DNA of 64,000 bases from an uncultured delta proteobacterium (GTDB lineage: Bacteria > Desulfobacterota > Syntrophobacteria > Syntrophobacterales > Syntrophobacteraceae). The notes under the pieces were generated by a model. That model was not told the DNA's origin and ran no database searches. It worked only from the letters and a program-made list of their open reading frames with translations. This document shows positions 53,305 to 63,327 of the stretch, in pieces (position 1 is the first letter of the stretch; each line of letters begins with the position of its first letter). Location: the NCBI GenBank assembly GCA_963808625.1, contig CAWEHK010000054.1:1-64000 (forward strand). The letters run 5' to 3'. A program made the position numbers and the translations under genes.

Positions 53305-53577
53305 ATGAAAAAAAGGACCCTTCGTAATTTCCATGTGCCCTTGTCTGAGGACCTTTACCGGAGGTTGCGGGAAGAAGCGGACCGCTCCAGGCAACCCGCT
53401 ACCGCCCTTGCCAGGCATGCCATTGATAACTGGCTGAAGCAAGAGCGGAAAGCCGCTCTTCACAGCGCCATCGCAACATACGCCGTACGCCATGCCGGAA
53501 CCGCTCTTGACCTCGATGAGGACCTTGAAGCAGCGTCACTGGAACACCTGCTAACTCAAGAGGAAAGCGGACAATGA
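53305..53577 (+). CDS. Ribbon-helix-helix-like antitoxin
   Basis: NFHVPLSEDLYRRL; overlaps the toxin start. Confidence 0.7.
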   Translation: MKKRTLRNFHVPLSEDLYRRLREEADRSRQPATALARHAIDNWLKQERKAALHSAIATYAVRHAGTALDLDEDLEAASLEHLLTQEESGQ

Positions 53578-53921
53578 AACGGGGAGACATCTGCTGGGCT
53601 GAAATTGCACCCCGTTCCGGTTCTGAGCAAAGCGGTCGCAGGCCTGTCATCATTGTCTCCCACGACGGATTCAACCAGGCTCCCGGGTGGCGTTCCATTA
53701 TCGTGGTGCCGCTTTCCACCTCAGCGACCCAGGCGATGCGCGGCCCGACGGCCGTCAATATTCCACAAGGAGTTGGCGGCCTCAGAAAAGCCAGCATCGC
53801 CCTGTGTCACCAGGTCACTACGCTGGACCGAGGGAAGCTCACCGAGCGCATGGGAAGCCTGCCCAAAGATCTTCTAGAGCAGGTCGAAGAAAGTTTGAAA
53901 AGTGCGCTCGATCTTGAATAG
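53574..53921 (+). CDS. mazF: MazF/PemK-family toxin
   Basis: MKRGDI, GSEQSGRRPVIIVS, VVPLST, QVTTLD. Confidence 0.9.
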   Translation: MKRGDICWAEIAPRSGSEQSGRRPVIIVSHDGFNQAPGWRSIIVVPLSTSATQAMRGPTAVNIPQGVGGLRKASIALCHQVTTLDRGKLTERMGSLPKDLLEQVEESLKSALDLE

Positions 53922-54259
53922 TGTGTCCAAAAAGTCCTTCTCAGCGTCTATCCCGCATGCCCCCCGTCTAATGCCCGCACGGACATGCTCTGGCGGGGGG
54001 CTAAAAGCATCTGGATTCCCGCTAAAAGCCTGCGGGAATGACGCTCTGGGGCCCTTTCGGTTCTGTAGGCATTCAATACCCCATGGAGAATCCTTGTGTT
54101 GACGTAACTCTGCCCTTCACAGAATCTGTCGTTCAAGAAAATCTGTTTGACAAAATCTGTTTGACAAAATCGAAGCCGAAAATTAGCGTGGCGCGGTTAT
54201 CTTGGAAACGATCGCGGAGGTTTTCCGCGACCATCTCATTTCGTGAGGAGTGCCAACCT

Positions 54260-55398
54260 ATGGCAGAACGCATTCATAACTTCAACGCTGGCCCGGCGGC
54301 TTTGCCGCTCCCGGTGCTCGAGGAAATTCAACGGGACATGCTGAACTTCCGGGCACGGGCATGTCCATCCTGGAAATCAGCCACCGGTCGAAACCGTTCG
54401 AGAGCGTCTTGGATGATACCATCGCCCGCATCAAGCGCCTGCTCCATCTCGATGACCGCTACCAGGTGCTGTTCCTCCAGGGAGGAGCAAGCCTTCAGTT
54501 TTGCATGATTCCCATGAATCTGGCACTGCCCGGCAAACCCCTGGCCTATATCGACACCGGCACCTGGGCCACCAACGCCATCAAGCAAGCCAGGATCCAG
54601 GGAAAACCCGTCACCGTCGTCGCCAGTTCGGAAGACCGGGAATACACGTATATTCCCAAAGACTATGCCGTGCCCGCCGACGCGGCCTATCTCCACTTCA
54701 CTTCCAACAACACCATCCGCGGGACCCAGTGGCGCGACTTTCCCGAGGCCGGCGACGTGCCTCTCATCAGTGACATGTCTTCCGACATCTTCAGCCGGAC
54801 TTTCGATCCACAGCCGCTCGGGCTGATCTATGCCGGGGCCCAGAAGAATGCCGGGCCGGCTGGAGTCACGCTGGTAATCATTCGCGATGACATGCTGGCG
54901 CGCGTTCCCAAAGACCTTCCGACCATGCTGCAATACACGACTTTCGCGGAAAAGAAGTCGATGTTCAACACGCCGCCATGCTTTGCCGTCTACGTCGTCA
55001 ACCTGGTGATGAAGTGGCTCGAAGAGACCATCGGCGGTCTGGCCAAAATGGAGGCAATCAATCAACAAAAAGCCCGGTTGATCTACGAATACCTCGATGG
55101 TCAGGATTTTTATCGCGGCACGGCGGTGCCGGATTCCCGGTCACACATGAACATTACCTTTCGGCTGCCGACCCCGGAACTGGAGGAGACGTTTCTGAAA
55201 CTAGCTACCGCCAACGGCCTCGGGGGCCTGAAGGGGCATCGTTCGGTGGGCGGGTGCCGGGCTTCTCTGTACAATGCCGTCCCTCTTGAATCAGTCCAGG
55301 CCCTCGTGGACTTCATGAAGGAATTCCTTAGAGAAGAACGGATAAGGCGCGCCAGAGATGACCTCGTGCCAGGATTACCACCGCCATACAAGCTATGA
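54260..55398 (+). CDS. serC: Phosphoserine aminotransferase (frameshift near 54355; C-terminus probably also shifted)
   Basis: NFNAGPA, SHRS, QGGAS, DMSS, YAGAQKN, NTPP, GHRSVGG. Confidence 0.93.
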
Positions 55399-56878
55399 CC
55401 GGCACCAGATGGAAGGCCATTTTTTGGATTGGTCCAATCAGCCGAGCGTCTACAAGGAATATGACGACCTCAAGGCTGTTCCGTTGCCGGTTGCAGCACC
55501 CGCGCCGGAAGTCTCACTCTCCGAGATCGTGCTGAGCGACCGCGGGGAAGAACTGCCGGCATCTTTTTCCCTGGAACAATTGAGCCGGATTTTTTCCCTG
55601 GCGTATTGCCTCACCGCCAGGAGTGTCCATGCAAATGGTGAATTTTTCTACCGGAGCGTCCCCTCAGCCGGAGCGCTCTACCCATATGAACTCTACGTGG
55701 CTGCCCGCTCCCTTTCAGGCCTGCCGGACGGGCTCTACCATTACGCCATCAGCCGGCGAGCTCTGGTACAGGTTCGTCCCGGCAATTACCTCGATGAGCT
55801 CTGTTCCCCCTTGCGACCAGGGGCGGCGGAAGAGGCCCCGCGGTTGATGTTTTTTGTGACGGCGATCTTTTTCCGCAGCGCCTGGAAGTATCGAGCACGC
55901 TCCTACCGGTACCATCTCATGGACTCCGGCCACCTTCTCGAAAGTCTCATCCTGGCGCTGAAGGCGCTTGGTTTGCCGGGCGAACTAATTCTTGATTTCG
56001 ACGATGAAGGAATCAACTCTTTTCTGGGCTGCGACACGGAGCGGGAAGTCTGCCTGGGCCTCGTTTCGGTCGGTTGCCAGGGGGAATTTGCGGGACTTGC
56101 AGCAAACCTCCCGGCCGGGCTGCCGGAGGCCCTTGCTGCGGCCAGCCGGGTCGCGCCGAAGGAGATCGTTTATCCGGCTTTGCAGGACATACACCTTGCC
56201 GGCTCCAGGGTGGGCGCGCCACCAGGCGTGATCCCGGCGATGATCGGGGAGGTGGGCGACCTTCCGACTTCCTGGCAGCCCATCCCCGAAGCTAAAGTCT
56301 GGCCGGAACAGATGCCGTACGGCGAAGCGGTGAGGCAGCGGCGCTCCCGTCGTAATTTTATTAACGAGGCACTACCCCAGGCTGTTTTTCAAGCTTTCAC
56401 AACGTTGCTTTGCGCCGGCAGCGAGGCCCCCGGCAGCCGGTCTCGACACCAGCGGCAGACTCTTGCCTTGGGCTTCCTGGCCGGGAATGTGGAAGGGCTC
56501 GATCCCGGCTGTTATTGGCTGGACCCTTCGCCGCACCGGATTGGCATGACTCGGCCGGGCGCGCTCCTGGCACGGATGGCGCATATTTGCCTCGACCAGG
56601 AGTGGCTGACGCAGGCAAGCGTGCATTTCTTCTTCGTGACGAACCTCGGGCTCCTCGACAAGGTCTGGGGTGCGCGCGGGTATCGCTACGCCATGATGAC
56701 GGCAGGTCGCCTGGGCCAGATGGTCTATATGGCAGCGACCTCTTTGGGGCTGGGGTGTTGCGGAATCGGTGCGTTCTATGACAAGGAAGCGGCAGCCTTG
56801 CTGGGACTGAACGAGGCCTCGGCGATGCTTTATCTCCTGGGGGTGGGAGCGGTGAAGCGAGTAAGGAGTAGGGAGTAG
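55358..56878 (+). CDS. SagB/ThcOx-family double nitroreductase-domain protein
   Basis: RSVPSAGALYPYE, WKYRARSYRY, RRSRRNF, GCCGIGAFYD. Confidence 0.85.
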   Translation: MTSCQDYHRHTSYDRHQMEGHFLDWSNQPSVYKEYDDLKAVPLPVAAPAPEVSLSEIVLSDRGEELPASFSLEQLSRIFSLAYCLTARSVHANGEFFYRSVPSAGALYPYELYVAARSLSGLPDGLYHYAISRRALVQVRPGNYLDELCSPLRPGAAEEAPRLMFFVTAIFFRSAWKYRARSYRYHLMDSGHLLESLILALKALGLPGELILDFDDEGINSFLGCDTEREVCLGLVSVGCQGEFAGLAANLPAGLPEALAAASRVAPKEIVYPALQDIHLAGSRVGAPPGVIPAMIGEVGDLPTSWQPIPEAKVWPEQMPYGEAVRQRRSRRNFINEALPQAVFQAFTTLLCAGSEAPGSRSRHQRQTLALGFLAGNVEGLDPGCYWLDPSPHRIGMTRPGALLARMAHICLDQEWLTQASVHFFFVTNLGLLDKVWGARGYRYAMMTAGRLGQMVYMAATSLGLGCCGIGAFYDKEAAALLGLNEASAMLYLLGVGAVKRVRSRE

Positions 56879-56935
56879 GGAGTAGGGAGTAAGGAGTAGG
56901 GAGTAAGCAGTAAGGAGGAGGGAGCAGGGAGTGAC
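56860..56935. repeat. Heptamer array (GAGTAGG/GAGTAAG)
   Basis: Read directly; complementary to 57255-57382. Confidence 0.85.
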
Positions 56936-57254
56936 GAGTGGGGGGGAGGGCATCATGAGTGGGTGCAAGCAAAACTGGGAGCTGGGAGTCGCATAAGGCT
57001 ATGCCGATAGTAGAGCCGGGATAAGGAAGGGAAATCAGTGCGATGCTGAGAAAATACCCGTGTGTGTGCAGAGCAAGTCAGTCGAAATCCACAGTGGTTT
57101 TGGTGGGCACGGTAAAGCTGTGCCCACCCTACGCATAGATCGTGGCGCGGCGCATCTACCTGCGCCCACCGAAACCCTACAGGCCATTCGCAATCAGGTG
57201 CTGGCCACCGGGGGACGACCGCCGGCTCCTACTTCAAATTACACCCATCCTCAC

Positions 57255-57382
57255 TTCCTACTTCTTACTTCCTACTCCCTGCTCCCTACTTCTTACTCCT
57301 TACTGCCTACTTCCTACTTCCTACTCCCTATCCCCTACTCCTTACTGCCTACTTCCTACTTCTTACTCCTTACTGCCTACTC
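57255..57382. repeat. Heptamer array (CCTACTT/CTTACTC, ~18 units)
   Basis: Read directly. Confidence 0.85.
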
Positions 57383-57385
57383 TTT

Positions 57386-58174
57386 TCACAGTTTCTCCAG
57401 ATCAAACTCCGCCCACACCGGGGTGTGGTCGCTCGGGGTCTCGCGGCCCCGCAGGTCGTTGTCCACCAGGCAATTCACGCACACGCCGGCGAGCGGACCG
57501 GTGGCCAGGATGTGGTCGAGACGCCATCCGAGGTTCCGCTCAAAGCTCTTGGGGAGCCGATAGTCCCAGAAGGTGAACTGTTTCTGATCGGGATGATGTT
57601 TTCGAAAACAATCGATGAAACCCCATGAAGACACATCGGAAAGCGCCTGGCGCTCGAGGGGATGACAACCGACGCTGCCCTCGAGACGTTTGGGATCGAA
57701 AACATCGAGGGCGGTGGGGGCGACATTCAGGTCCCCGGTCCAAAGGAGCGGCTGAGCAGGGTCAAAATGGGCTTGAAGCCAGCGTCTCAGCCGTGCAAAG
57801 TAGCCGAGCTTGTACTGAAATGCCGGGTGATCCGGGTCACGGCCCTGGGGCACATAAGTATTCACGGCCCAGATCCCGTCAACCTTTAGCGCAATGAGCC
57901 TCGCTTCCTCGTCCGGTTCACCGTCGGCAAACTCTCTGATCAGCTGTTCCGGTTTCCGCCTGGTGAAAACGGCAACACCATTGAAAGATTTCTGGCCACG
58001 GATGCTGACATGGTAACCCGCTTCTTCGAAGACCTCCGCGGGGAAATCTTTCTCCTGGCATTTTACTTCCTGTAAACAAAGGACGTCGGGTTGATGTGCC
58101 TTGATCCAGTCCACCACTACCGCCAAGCGGGCTCGGATGCCATTGACATTGAAGGTGGCAAACTTCCAGCTCAT
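57386..58174 (-). CDS. xth: Exodeoxyribonuclease III
   Basis: [39 protein letters not shown]. Confidence 0.95.
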   Translation of the reverse strand: MSWKFATFNVNGIRARLAVVVDWIKAHQPDVLCLQEVKCQEKDFPAEVFEEAGYHVSIRGQKSFNGVAVFTRRKPEQLIREFADGEPDEEARLIALKVDGIWAVNTYVPQGRDPDHPAFQYKLGYFARLRRWLQAHFDPAQPLLWTGDLNVAPTALDVFDPKRLEGSVGCHPLERQALSDVSSWGFIDCFRKHHPDQKQFTFWDYRLPKSFERNLGWRLDHILATGPLAGVCVNCLVDNDLRGRETPSDHTPVWAEFDLEKL

Positions 58175-58417
58175 CCATGGAGCTCCGTGGGTTTTGAAGT
58201 CGCTATGCAAAATAAAACACCCGGAAGAGGCCGCCACCCCTTTCCGGGCACATTTCACTGCTCATGCCGGATCGGACATTCACCGGTTCACATGGATTTC
58301 GAAATGAAAACACCACAGCCACGAGCCCGAATCCAACATGATCGCATTCAGCTAATCATTGGAATGGGTATCGAGTCTCCCATCCCGTCTGTGCTCATGT
58401 TTCGTTTCGACCTTTGG

Positions 58418-58534
58418 GGGCCGTCCAAAAATAAAAGGCCTTCTCTTACCACGAAGAGTACGAAGCGATTTCTTCGCGTTCTTCGTGGTTCGAAAAAGGG
58501 CTGAAATGAGTGCAGCTTGTTCTTGGACAGTCTC
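58418..58534. mobile_element. MITE-like element, copy 3
   Basis: Homologous to 1803-1936. Confidence 0.78.
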
Positions 58535-58538
58535 TCAG

Positions 58539-58669
58539 CAGGGTGTTGAAAACACCCGCCCCCAGCCTCACCCCGGCGGAAGCCGGGGTCCAGAAAACCA
58601 TGCGGAGCCCGGTTTCCGGTTTTCACCGGTTGACGGACAGGGCCTTGGCGACGCTTTTTCAACAACCTG
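58539..58669. mobile_element. Second MITE-like element abutting copy 3
   Basis: TIRs CAGGGTGTTGAAAA / TTTTCAACAACCTG (1 mismatch in 14); internal CCCCGGCGGAAGCCGGGG hairpin. Confidence 0.7.
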
Positions 58670-58684
58670 TCAGGGTAAGGAGGG

Positions 58685-59071
58685 CTAGTAAGGACGTCTG
58701 CCTCCACCTGACCGATCACCCGAGCCGCCCCCGCCTCGACCTCTGCCCCCAAAGCCACCACCTCCGCCTGAGCGACCGCCGGAACCGTAGCCACCCCCGC
58801 TACGTCCACGGCTTTGGCCGCCGCGACTCTCACGGGGCTTTGCCTCATTTACGGTGAGAACTTGACCGCCAAGCTCTTTGCCGCTGAGTCCGGCGATGGC
58901 GGCCAATGCCTGGTCGCGGTCCGGCATCTCAACAAAAGCAAAGCCTCGAGACTTGTGAGTGTATTGGTCCATGATGATCTTAACCGAATCCACTTCACCA
59001 AATGCCTCAAATTCCTTCTGTAATTCACCTTCAGTGGTCTTAAACGATAGATTTCCGACAAAGATGTTCAT
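58685..59071 (-). CDS. RRM RNA-binding protein with Gly-rich tail
   Basis: IFVGNL, SRGFAFVEM, VNEAKPR, GGR repeats. Confidence 0.93.
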   Translation of the reverse strand: MNIFVGNLSFKTTEGELQKEFEAFGEVDSVKIIMDQYTHKSRGFAFVEMPDRDQALAAIAGLSGKELGGQVLTVNEAKPRESRGGQSRGRSGGGYGSGGRSGGGGGFGGRGRGGGGSGDRSGGGRRPY

Positions 59072-59717
59072 AAAGATCCTTCTCTTCTCCTTGAAAAACA
59101 AATGCCTGTAACCAAACCCGTTTAGACCTGCCTGACCTGAATGTGGACAAAAAGTCCGCTCGGGAAATAGTCACTTTGAGACATCGCTCGGTTAGGGGTG
59201 ATGATTCAAGTTCGCGGAGCCAGATATGCGACAGAAGTGATCGTGAATTTGGCGCCCCAAAAAACACTCATTGGCCGTTGTCGCCAGTTGTAGAAATCAG
59301 CTTAATCCAAGAGGGTGATCGAAATCAAGCGATAAGCGCCAAGATTAGCAGAAGGACGATCCCGTTTTTTGTTTTCAACCGGTACAAACGTCTCTATTAT
59401 TACCCCGCGCCGACCTGTCCGACCCTTGGAAATTTTGGAGCATGTGTGAAGATTTGGCAGGCTGGAAAGCCTGCCCCACACAGCTTTATGGTCGTCACCT
59501 CGATATTAGAGATCACTTTCATGGAGGCGGGCGGTTGGCCAGCGTCATTTCTCCGGCAAAACTGCAAAACGCTGCAGCGACGATCGATGCCCTGGGGATT
59601 GAAAGCCAGGTCATCAAAACGGCGTTCATGATCTCGGCCCTGATTGCCGTGGTTGCCTCTCTCATGGGATTGTTCCTGGCCTGAGCTCCCGGCATCGCCA
59701 GCACTGGATGACAAGAG

Positions 59718-60320
59718 ATGACGGATTCTTGTTCCCACACAATGGGCAAAGGTGACGATGTATCCCTTATCCTGAAAGCCTTCAAATTCGCCGCCGGCAA
59801 GCACCGCGATCAACGCCGAAAGGATGAGCGGGCATCTCCTTACATCAATCACCTGATCACGGTGGCAGAGACGCTCCGGGCAATCGGCGGCATCCGCGAA
59901 GTCGCGACGTTGGCCGCCGGGATCCTGCACGACATTATTGAGGACACCGCCACTTCTTTCGAAGAACTGGAGCGGGAATTCGGCCCGATGATCACCAGCA
60001 TCGTAAGAGAACTCACCGATGATAAACAACTGCCAAAGCTCGTTAGAAAACGTCTTCAAATCGAACACAGTGCGCACCTCTCGACGCCCGCACGCCACGT
60101 CAAAATTGCTGACAAAATCAGTAATCTTGATGACATCATTCACTCCCCTCCCGCAAGGTGGCCTCTTGAAAGGCAGGAGGAATACGTTATCTGGGCGGGC
60201 GAAGTGATCGATGGTTTGCGGGGCAGCAACGAGGCCCTCGAGCAGTGTTTTGACCGACTCTTCGCCGAGGCGCTGAATAAGATCGAAAAGAAGAAGAAGG
60301 GCCGACCACTGACGACGTGA
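59718..60320 (+). CDS. HD-domain protein, Mesh1-like small alarmone hydrolase
   Basis: HRDQRRK, PYINH, LHDIIEDT, ELTDDK, KIADKISN. Confidence 0.85.
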   Translation: MTDSCSHTMGKGDDVSLILKAFKFAAGKHRDQRRKDERASPYINHLITVAETLRAIGGIREVATLAAGILHDIIEDTATSFEELEREFGPMITSIVRELTDDKQLPKLVRKRLQIEHSAHLSTPARHVKIADKISNLDDIIHSPPARWPLERQEEYVIWAGEVIDGLRGSNEALEQCFDRLFAEALNKIEKKKKGRPLTT

Positions 60321-60371
60321 CATAAACCTTGCCAAAACCCGGCAAGAATGGTGCAATTTTGAAAGGAGGGA

Positions 60372-60683
60372 ATGCCAATGGTTATCATGCACGTTTTTAT
60401 CCAGGTAAAACCCGAGTGCCTTGAAGCCTTTAAAGCGGCAACGGTGGAAAACGCCAGGAACAGCGTTCAGGAGCCGGGGATTGCCCGCTTCGATGTGATT
60501 CAGCAAGAGGATGATCCGACCCGATTTGCGCTCGTCGAGGTCTACCGCACGGCAGAAGCCCCCGCCCGACACAAGGAAACGGCTCACTACAAAAAATGGC
60601 TCGAAACGGCGGAACCGATGATGGCGGCTCCCCGGACGAGGACCTTCTACACCAACGTTTTTCCGGACGATCCCGACTGGTGA
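60372..60683 (+). CDS. ABM-family monooxygenase (LsrG-like)
   Basis: [19 protein letters not shown]. Confidence 0.85.
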   Translation: MPMVIMHVFIQVKPECLEAFKAATVENARNSVQEPGIARFDVIQQEDDPTRFALVEVYRTAEAPARHKETAHYKKWLETAEPMMAAPRTRTFYTNVFPDDPDW

Positions 60684-60703
60684 GAGGGTCTGGTGAGGAT
60701 TTG

Positions 60704-61858
60704 ATGCGCTTCGAATTTGCCACGTCCGGAAGGATCCTCTTTGGTGCGGGGACACTGCGCGAGGTCGCTCCTGTCGCAGCGGGCTTCGGAAAGCGCGCCC
60801 TGGTGGTGACGGGGCGCACCGTCGCGCGAGCGGAATGGCTGCTTGCGGACCTGAAGTCAGCCGGCATGACCTGTACCACTTTTACCGTGAGCGGGGAACC
60901 AACTCTCGAGACGGTTCATTCCGGGGTCGAGCTCGCAAGGGGCGCAGGGTGTGAAGTGGTAATCGCGTTTGGGGGCGGCAGTGTCATCGATGCCGCCAAG
61001 GCCATTGCGGCGATGCTCACCAACCCTGGCGAGCTGCTCGATTACCTCGAGGTCATCGGCCGAGGACAGGCGCTTACGCAAGCCCCGGCGCCGTATCTGG
61101 CGGTTCCCACCACGGCGGGAACGGGAGCGGAAGTGACGCGCAACGCGGTCCTGGCTTCGCCCGACCACCGGGTCAAGGTCAGCTTGCGGAGCCCTTTGAT
61201 GCTGCCCCGCCTGGCGGTGGTCGACCCGGAGTTGACCTACTCCCTGCCCCCGGATCTCACCGCCGGTACCGGCCTTGATGCCCTGACCCAGCTCATTGAA
61301 CCCTACGTCTGCAAGAACCCGAACCCGATTACGGATGCGCTCTGCCGTGAGGGCATGCGAAACGCGGCCTGGGCGCTGCGGCGCGCGCATGCCGACGGGG
61401 GTGATGCCCTGGCCCGCGAAGCCATGGCCCTGGCAAGCCTTCTCGGGGGCATGGCCCTGGCCAACGCCAAACTTGGGGCCGTGCACGGACTCTCCGGGAC
61501 CCTGGGAGGGCTGTTCCCCGCACCCCACGGCATGATCTGTGCCCGCCTGCTGCCCCTGGTCATGGCGACGAATGCCCAGGCGCTGGAGGCCCGTACCGCG
61601 GCCTCTCCAACACGCGAACGTTTCGCCGAGGTCGCACAGATTCTAACCGGGTCCTCGACCGCAACCATCAGCGATGGCCTGGCCTGGCTCGAGGCTCTCT
61701 GCGCCGACCTGGCCGTGCCGCCTTTGTCCCGTTTTGGCGTGAACGAAAACGCCTTCCCTGAAATCATCGCGCAAGCCCAAAAGGCCAGCAGCATGAAAGG
61801 CAATCCTGTTGAACTGACGGACGATGAATTGGCAGCTATTCTGCGACGAGCGCTTTAG
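60704..61858 (+). CDS. Iron-containing alcohol dehydrogenase
   Basis: GGGSVIDAAK, PTTAGTGAE, DALTQ, GAVHG, PHG. Confidence 0.92.
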   Translation: MRFEFATSGRILFGAGTLREVAPVAAGFGKRALVVTGRTVARAEWLLADLKSAGMTCTTFTVSGEPTLETVHSGVELARGAGCEVVIAFGGGSVIDAAKAIAAMLTNPGELLDYLEVIGRGQALTQAPAPYLAVPTTAGTGAEVTRNAVLASPDHRVKVSLRSPLMLPRLAVVDPELTYSLPPDLTAGTGLDALTQLIEPYVCKNPNPITDALCREGMRNAAWALRRAHADGGDALAREAMALASLLGGMALANAKLGAVHGLSGTLGGLFPAPHGMICARLLPLVMATNAQALEARTAASPTRERFAEVAQILTGSSTATISDGLAWLEALCADLAVPPLSRFGVNENAFPEIIAQAQKASSMKGNPVELTDDELAAILRRAL

Positions 61859-62317
61859 ATTTCGGATGGCGGATTTCGGATTTCGGATGTTAAAATACAT
61901 GGCTATGCAATCAATTCGGGTGGCTTCGTGGATCTTCGTGTGATTTCGTAGAAAGCTTCTGGTGGATGGCGGATTTAGAAGTATCGTCGTCCAACTGCAA
62001 TGGCATATCGTATAGGCTGGACTTAAAACTCTGACCGCGAACTTTGATCAACAACTCTTCTCAAAGAACATGAAGAGCACGACGGACCCAAGGGACCCGA
62101 AGGAATGCTTTCAGAATAATCTCTCTGCTCTTTTTCGTGATTTTTGTGTCTTCCGTGGTAAAGAAAAGACGAATCCCTGCACGATTACGATCAAGATAAT
62201 CCGCGAATGAACACAAAGAAACACCAAGAAGAGATAAGACCATCAACTTCGTGCATCTTCGTGTCCCTTCGTGGAAAAGAAAATGCAAGTTTATTGACCG
62301 TCGGATGAAGGAACCCC

Positions 62318-63202
62318 ATGGATCGGTTCAAGCAACTCGAGACCGAGGTGGAGGCCCTCAAAGCCGCCGTCTCCACATTGCAGGACGAAGTTGCTGCTCT
62401 GCGTGAAGCGCAGCGGGCCAGCCGTCATCCGGTCGAGGCCCTGCTCTGGCAGCGCGGCCTGCCGGTCATTGCCCACGGGGACCACACGCACACGCTTCTC
62501 CCCCGCAGCCTTTCCGCCTCTGGAAAAGAGCGTTTCTACGAGCTCATGCGCCGCTATTCCTTCAGGCTTTTCCTGAGGGACCTCATCCAGTTTCCCGAGG
62601 GCGCGGAGCTCGCGGTCCTGACCCGCTACTGCTCGCTGCGAACGGTGCGAGCCTACCTCAGGGACCTTGCTGAATTGGGTATTGTCGCCTTTGGCAACGA
62701 CCGAACCTACCGTCTCATCTCACAGCAGGTCAGCAGCTTTGGCCCGACCTTGGAATGGTACGTGAGCGAGATTTTCCAGCGCGAGTTCATGGCCCCGGTG
62801 CTGTTCAATGTTCGCCTGCAGCACACCCGTTATGGAGGGGATTATGACGTCATTGCCATGGTCAGCGGACACCTCGTCTATGTGGAGGTAAAATCCTCGC
62901 CGCCACGAGGCGTCGAGCTGCCAGCCGTTGCGGCCTTCCTCCACCGGCTTCGCGACCTCCAGCCGCACATGGCCGTCTTCTTTGTGGATACCGAACTGCG
63001 CATGAAGGACAAGATCGTCCCGCTTTTTGGCGAAGCGCTGGCCGCCGGTAACGCGCCCCCGGAATCGTGCCCGGTGACGCGCCTGATCAATGAAATTTTT
63101 CATATCCAGCACACCATTTATCTGGTGAACAGCAGGAAAGGGATCACCACCAACCTGCGCTATTGCTTCCGCGATTTTCTCCGGACGCGGAAGATCGGTT
63201 GA
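62318..63202 (+). CDS. Conserved hypothetical protein with PD-(D/E)XK-like motif
   Basis: Coiled-coil N-terminus; GDYDV...VEVKS. Confidence 0.6.
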   Translation: MDRFKQLETEVEALKAAVSTLQDEVAALREAQRASRHPVEALLWQRGLPVIAHGDHTHTLLPRSLSASGKERFYELMRRYSFRLFLRDLIQFPEGAELAVLTRYCSLRTVRAYLRDLAELGIVAFGNDRTYRLISQQVSSFGPTLEWYVSEIFQREFMAPVLFNVRLQHTRYGGDYDVIAMVSGHLVYVEVKSSPPRGVELPAVAAFLHRLRDLQPHMAVFFVDTELRMKDKIVPLFGEALAAGNAPPESCPVTRLINEIFHIQHTIYLVNSRKGITTNLRYCFRDFLRTRKIG

Positions 63203-63327
63203 TAGTTGATGGTTTGTGGTTCGTGGTCGGAGACTGGCCACCAGCCACTAATGGCCGTGGCAAAAGGAGGGCGGGTTTTCCAACCCGCCTGCCCGGCGTT
63301 GCAGGAAAACGCGGAGGAGGTGCTGCT

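Noticed and set aside
1293..55398. Widespread pseudogenisation or programmed frameshifting (gmhA, cobA-hemD, mlaA, ftsH, serC, TonB receptor, kinase and others)
   Set aside because: Single-base indels hit conserved housekeeping genes and some fall in homopolymers (e.g. GGGG near 46620); sequencing or assembly error is far more likely
55358..56878. SagB/ThcOx protein (or the ThiF protein at 29984-30907) as maturase of the CC peptide
   Set aside because: No YcaO cyclodehydratase in the window; both lie >10 kb away among housekeeping genes, and stand-alone members are common
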